Below, one piece after another: positions 17,453-27,314 of a stretch of DNA of 64,000 nt. The DNA lies in the IMG/VR virus record IMGVR_UViG_3300037485_001872, positions 32,001-96,000 of that record; one strand, written 5' to 3'. Both the position numbers and the translations under genes were made by a program. Position 1 is the first letter of the stretch; each line of letters opens with the position of its first letter. Under the pieces are notes generated by a model. The model saw nothing but the letters and a program-made list of their open reading frames with translations. It searched no databases and was not told the origin of the DNA. Source of the DNA: a virus.

Positions 17453-17494
17453 TTTCGCCTAACTAGTAGATTAGAGAAATAAAACCCAACTTTA

Positions 17495-17719
17495 ATGGTA
17501 ACAATATCAACGACTTATAATATAGATTTCACTTTAAAAAACTATCCGAATTACGGGGTAACAAATAAAGGGATTGTTATTAGTCTACAACGATGTAAAA
17601 TTTTAAAAAGAACAGTTGTCGGTTATTCAAAGGGTTATTATATTGGAGGAAAATTTATAACTCTTACTAAGTTAAGAACCATGTTAGTTAAGGTAGAAAA
17701 GATAAAATGCCCATTTTAA
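17495..17719 (+). CDS. Small basic protein, NUMOD4-like
   Basis: YPNYGVTNKG.V.S....ILK......GY pattern. Confidence 0.45.
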   Translation: MVTISTTYNIDFTLKNYPNYGVTNKGIVISLQRCKILKRTVVGYSKGYYIGGKFITLTKLRTMLVKVEKIKCPF

Positions 17720-17763
17720 TAATTAAATTTGTAAAATAGAAATAAAAATATTATATTTGCACC

Positions 17764-17964
17764 ATGATAAAAAAACAAGGAATATTTACAGGAACTGACA
17801 CAGCTGGTTATGAAAACGGCTCAACGTACACAATCTTAATCAATCAATCTGAAATCGGTTGTCCCATCTCAATTGTAGCCATAGGAGAAACTTTTGTAGG
17901 AAGTGTTTCTTACAATACAATCAACTTATTTTTAACGGATTGGAATAATCTAAAAAATATCTAG
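17764..17964 (+). CDS. Hypothetical protein
   Basis: 66-aa leaderless ORF after TATATTTG 17752-17759. Confidence 0.55.
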   Translation: MIKKQGIFTGTDTAGYENGSTYTILINQSEIGCPISIVAIGETFVGSVSYNTINLFLTDWNNLKNI

Positions 17965-17971
17965 AGGAACT

Positions 17972-18187
17972 ATGAACATCTTATTAGCAATTACATTTGT
18001 ATTTGGGGTATTACGATTATTTACGGCAACTAAGCTATTTGACATAACTTTAGGTTATTTTTTCGGAAGTTTATTTGGAGTGCATAATAAGCGTAATAAC
18101 TTATTTGAAGGTTTACTAGTAGCTTTTGATGTATGGTTTTTTTATTTTAGTTTAATATTTCAGAGTTGGTGGTGGTTATTTAAATAA
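17972..18187 (+). CDS. Small membrane protein
   Basis: Hydrophobic 71-aa ORF. Confidence 0.55.
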   Translation: MNILLAITFVFGVLRLFTATKLFDITLGYFFGSLFGVHNKRNNLFEGLLVAFDVWFFYFSLIFQSWWWLFK

Positions 18188-18190
18188 AAT

Positions 18191-19279
18191 ATGGATTTAA
18201 GAAGAATAGCCTTTAATTATTTATCGAAGGGATTGAGTGTGATTCCTATAGATAACCTAAAACGCCCTACAATCCACTCATGGTATGAATTCCAAAAGCG
18301 TTATATGACCCCAGAGGAAGTTGAAAAGTATTTTAAAGATGCATGGGGTATCGCAGTTTTAGGAGGCACAATTAGTTCTGATATTGAGGGTTATTCTCTT
18401 ATAATGATTGACGTAGATACTAAAAACTTCGATGACCAAATAACATATAAGCAAGTAGTTGACGCTATTCCAGAAGATATTTTTAAAAAATTAGTAGTGG
18501 TGAGTACTATGAACGGTGGGTATCATTGGTATTTGAGAGCACCTATAGCTGGAAGGAATCAGAAATTTGCAATGCGTCCAACATCAGAAGAGGAACGTAA
18601 AGAAAATCCAAAGGAACTTATGAGAGTACTTTTGGAATCAAGAGCCAATGGAGGCTACTGCTTGGCTCCTGTAACCCCAGGTTATGAAGTTATTTCAAAT
18701 AATAAGAAAATTCATATCTTGGATTTAGATGAGTATTACTCCATATCTGACTCATTAGGTTCCTTTAATAGGGTTATAAATGAAGGACTTTTATTCGAAC
18801 AATTTCAAGAAGAAAAGAAAAATAAATTTTTAGTCTCACCCTTCGATGATTATAATAAGAGAGAAAATGCATTAAATATATTGATGCGAAATGGGTATAG
18901 TGTTGTGGGAGATACTCGTGGGGATAAGATTATGGTAAAGAGACAAGGCAACAGTAGCAGTAAACATTCAGGATATATTGTAGAGCAAGGTAGTAGATAT
19001 ATAAATTTTAGCACTAGTACTGGTTTTGACAGTTCAAAGTCATATAGTTGTTCAGAATTATTTACCTTATTAGAGTGTGAAAATAATTGGAGTAAAAGCT
19101 ATAAAGCCCTTATAGAAATGGGGTATGGTCACTCAGTAAATATGGATAAAAATGTGAGAGAGTTTGTGGATGCGTTTAGGAAAGGAAATCTTATGAGACT
19201 TTTAGAAATTCAATTTGCTGCAACTAAAACAGATAAAGGTATAGAAATAAATAATAAGACTTTTAATATCAAATTATAA
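18191..19279 (+). CDS. Bifunctional primase-polymerase (Prim-Pol, AEP superfamily)
   Basis: GLSVIPI..KRP, IDVD, TMNGGYHWY, ESRANGGYCLAP motifs. Confidence 0.85.
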   Translation: MDLRRIAFNYLSKGLSVIPIDNLKRPTIHSWYEFQKRYMTPEEVEKYFKDAWGIAVLGGTISSDIEGYSLIMIDVDTKNFDDQITYKQVVDAIPEDIFKKLVVVSTMNGGYHWYLRAPIAGRNQKFAMRPTSEEERKENPKELMRVLLESRANGGYCLAPVTPGYEVISNNKKIHILDLDEYYSISDSLGSFNRVINEGLLFEQFQEEKKNKFLVSPFDDYNKRENALNILMRNGYSVVGDTRGDKIMVKRQGNSSSKHSGYIVEQGSRYINFSTSTGFDSSKSYSCSELFTLLECENNWSKSYKALIEMGYGHSVNMDKNVREFVDAFRKGNLMRLLEIQFAATKTDKGIEINNKTFNIKL

Positions 19280-19433
19280 TATCTAATTTTATAGATTAGG
19301 AATATTTTATAAAAATGTATTTGAAGCTGGAAAAGCTATTAATAAAACTGGTTTTGAAATTCACGAATTAATATTAAAAAATAATGAATCTTTTATATAT
19401 GTATGATTTACAAACAAAGGATAAAGTTTTAAC

Positions 19434-19478
19434 ATTACAATATAATGACAATACTTTCAAATATTAATTGTATCTTTG
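19434..19478 (+). promoter_or_regulatory. Promoter with TKACA box, leaderless start
   Basis: ATTACA 19434, ATGACA 19445; TATCTTTG 19471-19478; ATG 19483. Confidence 0.7.
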
Positions 19479-19549
19479 TACTATGAATCAATTTATAATA
19501 CTCACAGCACTATGTTTTATTGTACCAATGTTTTTAGGAAGGAAGAAAG

Positions 19550-19741
19550 ATGAAGCTTAAAATTGTAATTTTAATAGCTCTCTGCTCATTACTATCTAAC
19601 TGCCAAAGTGTTTTTGTATGGACAGTACAAGATGTTATTGGTTTAGGTTTTCTAGGTCTAATAATAATTATTGGTTTATTTATTGGGTTGTTAATCCTCC
19701 TTGATAAATTTAAAATGTGGTGGAAAAATAATTTTAAATAA
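19550..19741 (+). CDS. Small membrane protein
   Basis: Signal/lipobox-like LSNC and one TM helix. Confidence 0.5.
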   Translation: MKLKIVILIALCSLLSNCQSVFVWTVQDVIGLGFLGLIIIIGLFIGLLILLDKFKMWWKNNFK

Positions 19742-19742
19742 A

Positions 19743-20069
19743 ATGATTAAAGTTTATATAGCAAGTCCCTACACTAAAGGGGATGTTTCAGAAAATGTAC
19801 GTCTTCAAATGACTACTATGAATACATTAATAGAAGAAGGGTATTCCCCATTTTGTCCTCTTTTATTTCACTTTCAGGATTTAATGTTTCCTCAAGCTTA
19901 TAATAAGTGGATAGCTCTTTCAGCAGATTGGGTACTTAGTTGTGATGTTCTTTTAAGATTAGAAGGAGAAAGTGCTGGAGCAGATGGGGAAGTGCGTTTA
20001 ACCACTGAAAATAATATCCCTGTAGTGTTTTCTCTTACTGAATTATATTCGATGTATGAACCCACCTAA
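19743..20069 (+). CDS. Nucleoside-deoxyribosyltransferase-fold protein (DUF1937/DUF4406-like)
   Basis: VYIASPY..SPFCP..CDVLLRL.GESAGADGE. Confidence 0.7.
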   Translation: MIKVYIASPYTKGDVSENVRLQMTTMNTLIEEGYSPFCPLLFHFQDLMFPQAYNKWIALSADWVLSCDVLLRLEGESAGADGEVRLTTENNIPVVFSLTELYSMYEPT

Positions 20070-20589
20070 AAAATATCCCTGTAAAGAATGCGGAACTTTA
20101 GTTGTCATTAGAAGTAAGGGAAAATGTCCGTTATGTCGGTCATTAGAGTTAAAATCAGCCTCAATGGGGGATATTTCATACAAAACACCTAAAAAAGGGG
20201 AAAGTAAACAACAAAAAGCAAGAAAAGAAAAAAGAGATTGTCTCTCACAATTCTTTAAAGAGCAAATTGAATTATTGGCACAGAATCCATATTGTAGAGA
20301 GACAGGAGTTCAAATTATACCGAGCTCTTTTTCAGTTTGTCATATTCTCCCTAAGAGAAATCATTTTTCTATACAATGCCACCCAGACAATGTAATATTT
20401 CTACATGTGGATGTACATTCTCGCTTTGATAGGCTCCTAGATGAACATAGATTTTCTGAGCTAACTAAGATGAATATATGGCCTATAGTTAAATTTAAAT
20501 TAGAGAGGCTACTTCCTGAGTTAAAGGAGGTGACAAAACTAGGGGAAGCCTTAAAAGATTTTCTTTATGAAATTAATGCACAAAAATGA
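20056..20589 (+). CDS. Zinc-ribbon plus HNH-like nuclease
   Basis: CKECG..CPLC; C.E.G..CHILPK..HPDNV.FL...H..FD. Confidence 0.65.
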   Translation: MNPPKKYPCKECGTLVVIRSKGKCPLCRSLELKSASMGDISYKTPKKGESKQQKARKEKRDCLSQFFKEQIELLAQNPYCRETGVQIIPSSFSVCHILPKRNHFSIQCHPDNVIFLHVDVHSRFDRLLDEHRFSELTKMNIWPIVKFKLERLLPELKEVTKLGEALKDFLYEINAQK

Positions 20590-20633
20590 CAAATAAATTT
20601 TGTAATAACAATAAAAACTTGTAAATTTGCACT

Positions 20634-20939
20634 ATGAATTTATATAACGATTTAAAAGAAGGAGACAAAGTACGTGTATTAAGAAGTGGAAGTCGCTATA
20701 ATACACATCCAGAGTTAGCTAAAGAGCTAGATGTTTTAGTTGATGCTAAATGTTATTTTAAAGTAGAGGAACCTAAAACAGGAATTTACACCTTCATGAG
20801 ATACATTTCTTTTTCTAATTGTAAAAGGGTGTTATTAATGAGGACAGGGGTTAAAAGATTTAAGTATTATGCTTTCGGTATAGAAAATAACTATGAATTA
20901 TATGACAACCCACCATTTGAATTATACAAACAAAAATGA
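20634..20939 (+). CDS. Hypothetical protein
   Basis: Leaderless after ATGACA 20586 and TAAATTTG 20622-20629. Confidence 0.6.
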   Translation: MNLYNDLKEGDKVRVLRSGSRYNTHPELAKELDVLVDAKCYFKVEEPKTGIYTFMRYISFSNCKRVLLMRTGVKRFKYYAFGIENNYELYDNPPFELYKQK

Positions 20940-21108
20940 ATAGATACTACTGCCACTCAAAACTAAAAGGACTAGAAGGATTTTTTCCTAGAGAAAAGAC
21001 TTTCAAGTGTACTGAAGAAAGGTTTGCATTAATACAAAATGATGCTCGGTATAAGTATTTAGATGCATTATTTTCAACCCATAATTATACATTACAATTT
21101 CAACTAAT

Positions 21109-21558
21109 ATGAACAGAAAACAAAGACTAGCCTATGATTTGGCTATAGAAAAACAGGAAAGAGTGAATGTCATTTCAGCAAAGTTTGCAGAGTTTGATGG
21201 CTTTGAATTTTTGGATGATGCTCCGACATTATATCCTGATGGTTATTGGTATCTAGAGGTGGACGGTGAAAAAATCCACATGGAAATTGAAGACTTTGAC
21301 TATCTAAATAACTATGGGTTACTCATGGAGTTTGTAAATAATATTGAAGAGTTCTATCCATATAACATTGTAGTAGTTCGCTCACAGTGCCAAATTTTCC
21401 GTCAAGAGGATGGTAAACCAATAATAGAAGTGATGGCCACATCTAAACCAGAAGCTATTTTTGAAGCTGTAGGACAACTTTTAGATGTTTTGGCCGATGC
21501 AGCTCTTGAACAAATTGCTCAAGAAAACACTTCACTTAATAAATTAGACGTAAACTAA
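21109..21558 (+). CDS. Hypothetical acidic protein
   Basis: 149-aa ORF. Confidence 0.65.
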   Translation: MNRKQRLAYDLAIEKQERVNVISAKFAEFDGFEFLDDAPTLYPDGYWYLEVDGEKIHMEIEDFDYLNNYGLLMEFVNNIEEFYPYNIVVVRSQCQIFRQEDGKPIIEVMATSKPEAIFEAVGQLLDVLADAALEQIAQENTSLNKLDVN

Positions 21559-22316
21559 TGAAAATAGAAAGACCAATAATAGTATTTGACCTTGAAACTA
21601 CCTCGGTGGATACAGAAACAGCTAGAATTGTACAAATTGCGGCTATAAAAATAAACCATGATGGTAGTACAGAAGAAAAAAATCTTCTTATAAACCCCAC
21701 TATTCCAATTCCTCTTGAAACATCTGAAATTCATGGGATTACAGATGAAATGGTGAAGAATGCTCCTACATTTAAACAAGTGGCTCAGAGTATGAAAAAT
21801 TGGTTTAAGGGTTGTGATGTTGCTGGGTTTAATTCAGATAGTTATGATATTCCTGTTATAAGTGCTGAGATGGAACGTTGTGGTATTACATTTCTAGATT
21901 GGGAATTTAATTTAGTGGATGTGATGAAGATGTACAGACACTTCTATCCAAATAAACTAACAGACATTTATAAACGTTTTACAGGAAAAGAACTAGAGGA
22001 TGCCCACGATGCACTGGGAGATGTTAAAGCCACCATGGTAGTGATGAAACATATTTTAGAAAACCATTTTGATAGTATACCGACTCCCGAAGAAGTTGAT
22101 GTTTTATTGCAGGGTGAGAAGTTCAGGGTGGACATTGGAGGTAAAATGTATAAAGATGCTGAAGGAGTTGTAAGATGGAATTTTTCAAAGAATGTGGGAC
22201 AACCCGTTCTTGCCGACCCAGGATTCTATAATTGGTTCCTAAAACAAAGCTTCCCAAAAGACTCAAAAGATAAACTTTTAAATTTAATTCAAAATAATAA
22301 AGAAAGACATGCCTAA
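21558..22316 (+). CDS. DEDDh 3'-5' exonuclease (DnaQ/epsilon-like, Bacteroidota type)
   Basis: FDLETT, IHGITDEMV, FNSDSYD, AHDALGD. Confidence 0.9.
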   Translation: MKIERPIIVFDLETTSVDTETARIVQIAAIKINHDGSTEEKNLLINPTIPIPLETSEIHGITDEMVKNAPTFKQVAQSMKNWFKGCDVAGFNSDSYDIPVISAEMERCGITFLDWEFNLVDVMKMYRHFYPNKLTDIYKRFTGKELEDAHDALGDVKATMVVMKHILENHFDSIPTPEEVDVLLQGEKFRVDIGGKMYKDAEGVVRWNFSKNVGQPVLADPGFYNWFLKQSFPKDSKDKLLNLIQNNKERHA

Positions 22317-23250
22317 TTTATATTGGAAATTACAATCAATTAATCAAACAGAGGAATTAGAAGTGGATTCCCTAGAATACAACCTATACAGGGAGCATTT
22401 TAAGAAAGATTTTAACACACGGGAATTAATGTCAATGCAGGAAACTATAGAGCACTATAGGCTTAATGCTTGGCGAACACCACTTTATTCCCGTATATAT
22501 TCTCTTACAGTAGCTTATGTAGAAAAAGAACAAGTTCGTATAGTGTATTATACAGGGGATGAAAAAGACATTATTCAAACCTTCTTAAACACCCTAAAAA
22601 ACGATTATTTTAAAGACTATATTGTTACACATTATGGGGCAGAATATATACTTCCATATTTGGGTACTAGGATAGATAAGAGTGGTATAGTTTCTTCGGT
22701 TCCAAACGGCCTACAATACAAAAATATGAAGCCATGGAATTTGACGGGATGCTGTGTTAGGGATTATTATACAGGAGCTGGAGCTTATAAACACAATTTA
22801 AAGGAATTAGCATGGATTTATAATATTCCTTGTAATTTTATTGACCCTGTAGATGAGTTTACATACTTTCAAATGAAAGAGTTGGAAGCTTTAAAAGAAA
22901 GTGCTATTGATGAAATTTTCACCCTAGTTAATGTACATAGATGTATGATGGGAGAATCTAAAATAGAATCCTTAACTTATTCGGAAGTAAGGGTGGAATC
23001 TGTGGAAGAAATAAAACCAACAAACTTTTTAGCTCTCCTATATGAATCTCAGGCAATGACCCTTGAAGTTAGAGAAGGGCTTGAGAGACAACTGAAAAAG
23101 AAAAAGATGACCAAGAGAGACCGAGAAATTGTTAGAGAGATACTTTTGGGAACCTATTTATTAACAGACTTTATTAACGGAAGTCAAGATACAAAAGCAG
23201 TGATAGAAAAGAAAACAAAAGAAGTGGATAATTTTTTAGCAACAATATAA
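22309..23250 (+). CDS. PolB-exonuclease-like protein, probably inactive
   Basis: DEK..IQ.F, TH....YILPYL..R, KPW, L.ELA pattern, without the full set of acidic catalytic residues. Confidence 0.45.
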   Translation: MPNLYWKLQSINQTEELEVDSLEYNLYREHFKKDFNTRELMSMQETIEHYRLNAWRTPLYSRIYSLTVAYVEKEQVRIVYYTGDEKDIIQTFLNTLKNDYFKDYIVTHYGAEYILPYLGTRIDKSGIVSSVPNGLQYKNMKPWNLTGCCVRDYYTGAGAYKHNLKELAWIYNIPCNFIDPVDEFTYFQMKELEALKESAIDEIFTLVNVHRCMMGESKIESLTYSEVRVESVEEIKPTNFLALLYESQAMTLEVREGLERQLKKKKMTKRDREIVREILLGTYLLTDFINGSQDTKAVIEKKTKEVDNFLATI

Positions 23251-23957
23251 TGGGAAAAATAAATTTAATAAATAAACTAACTACCGACTGTTGGTTCTAT
23301 GAGGATAATAAAGAATTATTGGCTCCTCATATGGGGAAGTTTTATATAAGTTACTCCTCGATTTCTTCATGGGAGGATTATCGTAGTGATTTTATAAAAC
23401 AAAAACTTGTAGGTATTTCTTTACCAGAGTCTGTGTATTCGAACTTCGGCTCGTGGGTGGGTGAAAGTGTTGAGCACGGGAAAGTACAAACTAATAATTA
23501 TGGCTTTACAGGACACGAAAACATTTCTTTAATTGAACGTAAACCAAATGCCAAATATGAAAGGATGGTGTTGATTGATATGGGGGAATATTGCATTATT
23601 GGCTTCATAGATATTCTAGAAGAAAAAACAAATAAGGTGGTGGATTTGAAGGATGTAAAGACTGGAGGTAGTAAAAAAGAGGAAGAATATAAAAAAGAAA
23701 GTTATGTTCAATTACTTATATATGCACATGCTCTAGTCTTAGAAGGGTATACAATAGATAGTATGGGTGTTTGGTTCTGTAGACGTACGGGCTCCCACAT
23801 AAAACCGCCCTTACATTTATCAAATGAGCAGTTTTATATTCCTTTGGTGTATGATGCGAAAAGAGTGAAGTATGCCCTAGATAAGGTAGAAAGAGTAGTG
23901 AAAGAAATTAGTGAATTTTACACTACTTTTACAAAATTCTTTGGTGATTCAAAATAA
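23250..23957 (+). CDS. PD-(D/E)XK nuclease (Cas4/RecB-like)
   Basis: ISYS, GFID..DVKTG, QLLIYA. Confidence 0.8.
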   Translation: MGKINLINKLTTDCWFYEDNKELLAPHMGKFYISYSSISSWEDYRSDFIKQKLVGISLPESVYSNFGSWVGESVEHGKVQTNNYGFTGHENISLIERKPNAKYERMVLIDMGEYCIIGFIDILEEKTNKVVDLKDVKTGGSKKEEEYKKESYVQLLIYAHALVLEGYTIDSMGVWFCRRTGSHIKPPLHLSNEQFYIPLVYDAKRVKYALDKVERVVKEISEFYTTFTKFFGDSK

Positions 23958-24440
23958 TTAACGTATCTTTGTATTATGGAAATTTTAGATAGAGCTATAA
24001 AGGGGGAATCCCTTAACGCAAAGGAAAAAGAGGAACTTACAAAACACCTCTCCCAATACGATGGAACCCCCTACTTGCAGGAAATCCTAAACAAAATACC
24101 GAGTTTAAAATATATTGAATTACCAGAAATTCCACTATGACAATTATAATAACAATCCTCCTAATTCTATTCATCACCAAACTAATGTGGAGATGGAATT
24201 TAGACTTCTCTGAAACAAGTGATGGTGAATGGTATGTACGTGGATTCTGGAGTACAAGAAATCCAGATGGTAGTTTTAATAGACATGATAAACTTTTAAT
24301 GAGAATGTAATGAATAAAATAGTTAAAATTTACGACTTTTTGGTTGATATAGTGTTAATAGGCACTATTGGGGGTATAATTGTCTATTATCTATTTCACA
24401 TATTACAATTTATTTACTACACCCTTACTAATTTTTTTAT

Positions 24441-24827
24441 ATGAAAAAAGATGATTTTGGAACCATCACTGATTTTGGTGATAGATATACAACCTGCGAT
24501 AGATGTGTTTACAAAGATTTAGGTATGGGTGGTTTTAATACTGTATGTAGACATTGTATGAAAACTCATACAGAAACAGAGGGCTATTCAGCACTACCTG
24601 AGAAGGAAGATGTATTTAGTACTCTTGGAAATATGTTAGACCCCACAACAAAGTTTGTAAATAATATAGGCTCATGTTTTCCTACTGAGGCAAAATATGG
24701 AGAAGAAAGGACTGTAGTTAATAGTGGTAAAGAATTTATAGAATACTTTGCTAACACTGGAGAAAAACGTTGGTTAGCTCCAAATGAATCGGCAACATAT
24801 AAACTAAAATGGGTGTTATGCGAATAG
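24441..24827 (+). CDS. Hypothetical protein with CxxC pairs
   Basis: CDRC..CRHC. Confidence 0.6.
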   Translation: MKKDDFGTITDFGDRYTTCDRCVYKDLGMGGFNTVCRHCMKTHTETEGYSALPEKEDVFSTLGNMLDPTTKFVNNIGSCFPTEAKYGEERTVVNSGKEFIEYFANTGEKRWLAPNESATYKLKWVLCE

Positions 24828-24981
24828 AATGGACTTTTGAAGAAGACCACATGTTTGTTAAACTAGCTGGGAAAACATTTCAAGCAGATGTTTTATTTAT
24901 TGATAATGAGGAAAAGCATTATGGGGTTGTGGCTGAGTATGGACAAGATTATATTGATTTTAACGTAGCAAGAATATTATA

Positions 24982-25179
24982 ATGGAAAAAACAGCAGTAG
25001 ACTATTTAATAGAAATTCTAGAAGCACCTTGCAGGGGTATACCAACCTTCGTCATTGAAAAAGCTAAAGAGATTCATAAACAGCAGCTATTAGATGCGTG
25101 GAAACAAGGTAATAATGAAGGATATTTAAATACTCTCATAACAGCAGAGGATTATTATAATGACACCTATGGAAAATAA
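24982..25179 (+). CDS. Small phage protein (KTAV..AKE..KQQ..DA..AE.YY..TY family)
   Basis: Tandem paralog of next ORF. Confidence 0.65.
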   Translation: MEKTAVDYLIEILEAPCRGIPTFVIEKAKEIHKQQLLDAWKQGNNEGYLNTLITAEDYYNDTYGK

Positions 25180-25399
25180 AACAGCTTTACAGCAATTAAT
25201 AGAAGAATTAAGTATAGTTAACCCACATTCAGTAGGTCAGGTTATTTTAATGGTTAAACACTATTTAAAAACTGAAAAAGAACAGATTTGTGATGCTTAC
25301 TTTCAGGGGATAGGTTTTTGTCTAAATGAACGAGAGGGTACGGGAGATACTGATGATGCTAGTGCTGAGTTTTACTTTACAGAAACCTTTAAACAATGA
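25169..25399 (+). CDS. Small phage protein, paralog of 24982..25179
   Basis: KTALQ..EKEQICDAY..AEFYF.ETF. Confidence 0.65.
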   Translation: MENKTALQQLIEELSIVNPHSVGQVILMVKHYLKTEKEQICDAYFQGIGFCLNEREGTGDTDDASAEFYFTETFKQ

Positions 25400-25541
25400 A
25401 ATATTTAACAATAGACAAAACAGCTAAAATTTCTATTTACTCAAAGTCTATTAAACCTACAACTAATTCAGAATTAATTATAGTGGATTTAGTTGAAAAT
25501 CAGGTGAGTTATGATGGAGGAAATTTGTGGGTACTTACTAA

Positions 25542-26549
25542 GTGGGCAAGATAATGATACTACAACAAGGTGATGTTATTAAATTTTCTAGCGATGCTAC
25601 ATTTCTAGAAGAAATACCAAAAGGTAATTGGCTCCTTAACTTGGACACAGTGTCCATGTATTTGTCCAAGCTTCCTCAATTTACCCTTCCATCAAAGATT
25701 TATGGGGATTATTTGACCACCAGTAAACATTACTTATCGTCCTTTAATTCCCTTCCAAACTCCACTGGGGTGTTACTATCGGGGAGTTCGGGTAGTGGAA
25801 AAAGCTTACTAGCTAAGATGGTTTGCGAAATGTCCAACCTTCCTGTAATTATTATTAGTGAATACTATACAGGAACACAGTTTCATAAGGTTTTAAATGA
25901 AATATCACAGGATGTTGTAATTTTCATTGATGAGTTTGAGAAGATTTATGACACCCATGAGAAGCAAAATGAATTTTTGCCAATTTTAGATGGTGTTTTT
26001 CAGAATAAAAAACTGTTTATTTTCACCACAAATAATCCTTCGGTGAATAAATTCCTTTTAAATCGGCCAGGTAGAGTCAGATACCATAGGCATTTCACAG
26101 GGCTTTCTGAAGAGCTTATTGAAGAAGTACTTTCGGATAATGTAACCGATGTAGATGTTAAGAAGCAAATATCTGAAATCTGTCTTACGTTAGGTGATGT
26201 TTCCTATGACGCTTTACAGTCTATTTTACAAGAAGTTAATATGTATAGCATTTCCCCAGCTGAGGCTGTAAATCTTTTGAATATAGAGGTGCAATCTTCG
26301 CATTACAGAGTGTTTCTCATAATAAAGGGAAAACATTACACTTCTTCCTTTGAAGGCCATCCTGTGGTAAATGAGGAGTACTCAGTGGGGTATAAAGACG
26401 ATGGGGGTTGGTGGGATAAGTCGTACATTGTAAAATTAAGGGATTTTGATATTTATTATGAATCTGGGGGACGTGTTGAGTTAAGACATAAAGAGGAAAC
26501 CACTGTTCTTAGGTTTGAAAAAATAGTTCCATATAAATTTGAACTATGA
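25542..26549 (+). CDS. AAA+ ATPase
   Basis: Walker A GSSGSGKS, Walker B IFIDEFEK, sensor TTN, Arg finger RPGR. Confidence 0.9.
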   Translation: MGKIMILQQGDVIKFSSDATFLEEIPKGNWLLNLDTVSMYLSKLPQFTLPSKIYGDYLTTSKHYLSSFNSLPNSTGVLLSGSSGSGKSLLAKMVCEMSNLPVIIISEYYTGTQFHKVLNEISQDVVIFIDEFEKIYDTHEKQNEFLPILDGVFQNKKLFIFTTNNPSVNKFLLNRPGRVRYHRHFTGLSEELIEEVLSDNVTDVDVKKQISEICLTLGDVSYDALQSILQEVNMYSISPAEAVNLLNIEVQSSHYRVFLIIKGKHYTSSFEGHPVVNEEYSVGYKDDGGWWDKSYIVKLRDFDIYYESGGRVELRHKEETTVLRFEKIVPYKFEL

Positions 26550-26581
26550 CATTGTTTTTACACAAAATATTCGTACCTTTG
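26546..26581 (+). promoter_or_regulatory. Promoter of sigma factor, with TKACA box
   Basis: ATGACA 26546, TTTACA 26557; TACCTTTG 26574-26581. Confidence 0.65.
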
Positions 26582-26588
26582 TATTGTA

Positions 26589-27092
26589 ATGTCTGATGAA
26601 GAATATTTAAAAGGGTGTAAGCAAAATTCACAATTTCACCAGAAAGCCCTATACGATGCTTTTTCCAAGCAAATGTTTGGAGTGTGTTTGCAATATTGTA
26701 AAAATAAACACCAAGCTGAGGATGCATTGCAGGAAGGGTGGTTGAAGGTATTTAAGTATATTAAATCTCTAACTCTTACAGGTTTGTTAGTGGGATGGAT
26801 TCGTAAAATCATGGTGCACACCTGTCTAGATATTAATAGAAAAAATAACAATAATTTAGTTGAATATAATGATGCAATGGGTGTAATGGTGTCCCCGTCA
26901 AATAATATGGATGCTAAATACCTTCTCTCTGTTATAAATAAACTCCCAGAAGGTTATAAACAAGTGTTTTTATTATTTGCTGTTGAGGGATGGAGTCATA
27001 AACAAATAGCAGAACAATTAAATATTCAGGAGGCGACATCACGGACACAGTACTTGAGGGCTAGAAATATGTTACGTAAAATATTATGTTAA
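26589..27092 (+). CDS. ECF sigma factor (Bacteroidota type)
   Basis: Region 2 AEDALQEGWLKVF..GWIRKIMV; region 4 LPEGYKQVFLLFAVEGWSHKQIAEQLNI. Confidence 0.9.
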   Translation: MSDEEYLKGCKQNSQFHQKALYDAFSKQMFGVCLQYCKNKHQAEDALQEGWLKVFKYIKSLTLTGLLVGWIRKIMVHTCLDINRKNNNNLVEYNDAMGVMVSPSNNMDAKYLLSVINKLPEGYKQVFLLFAVEGWSHKQIAEQLNIQEATSRTQYLRARNMLRKILC

Positions 27093-27280
27093 AATGTAAG
27101 TGGAATTCGGGAAACCTAGCGATTCTTTGCTCATTCTGTTCTAAAATCTTAAAAACAGGGAATGAGTTTTCAGAAGAGGAACATAAATGTATAAGAGGGG
27201 ATGTTGAACTCCCAGCACAATATTGTACAACTTGTAATAACAGCCTTTGGAAAATTCTTAGGAATAATACAAAAAAATGA
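27086..27280 (+). CDS. Small zinc-finger protein
   Basis: CSFC..CTTC. Confidence 0.55.
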   Translation: MLKCKWNSGNLAILCSFCSKILKTGNEFSEEEHKCIRGDVELPAQYCTTCNNSLWKILRNNTKK

Positions 27281-27314
27281 CAATACTCTCAACTATTAAT
27301 TGTATATTTGCACT

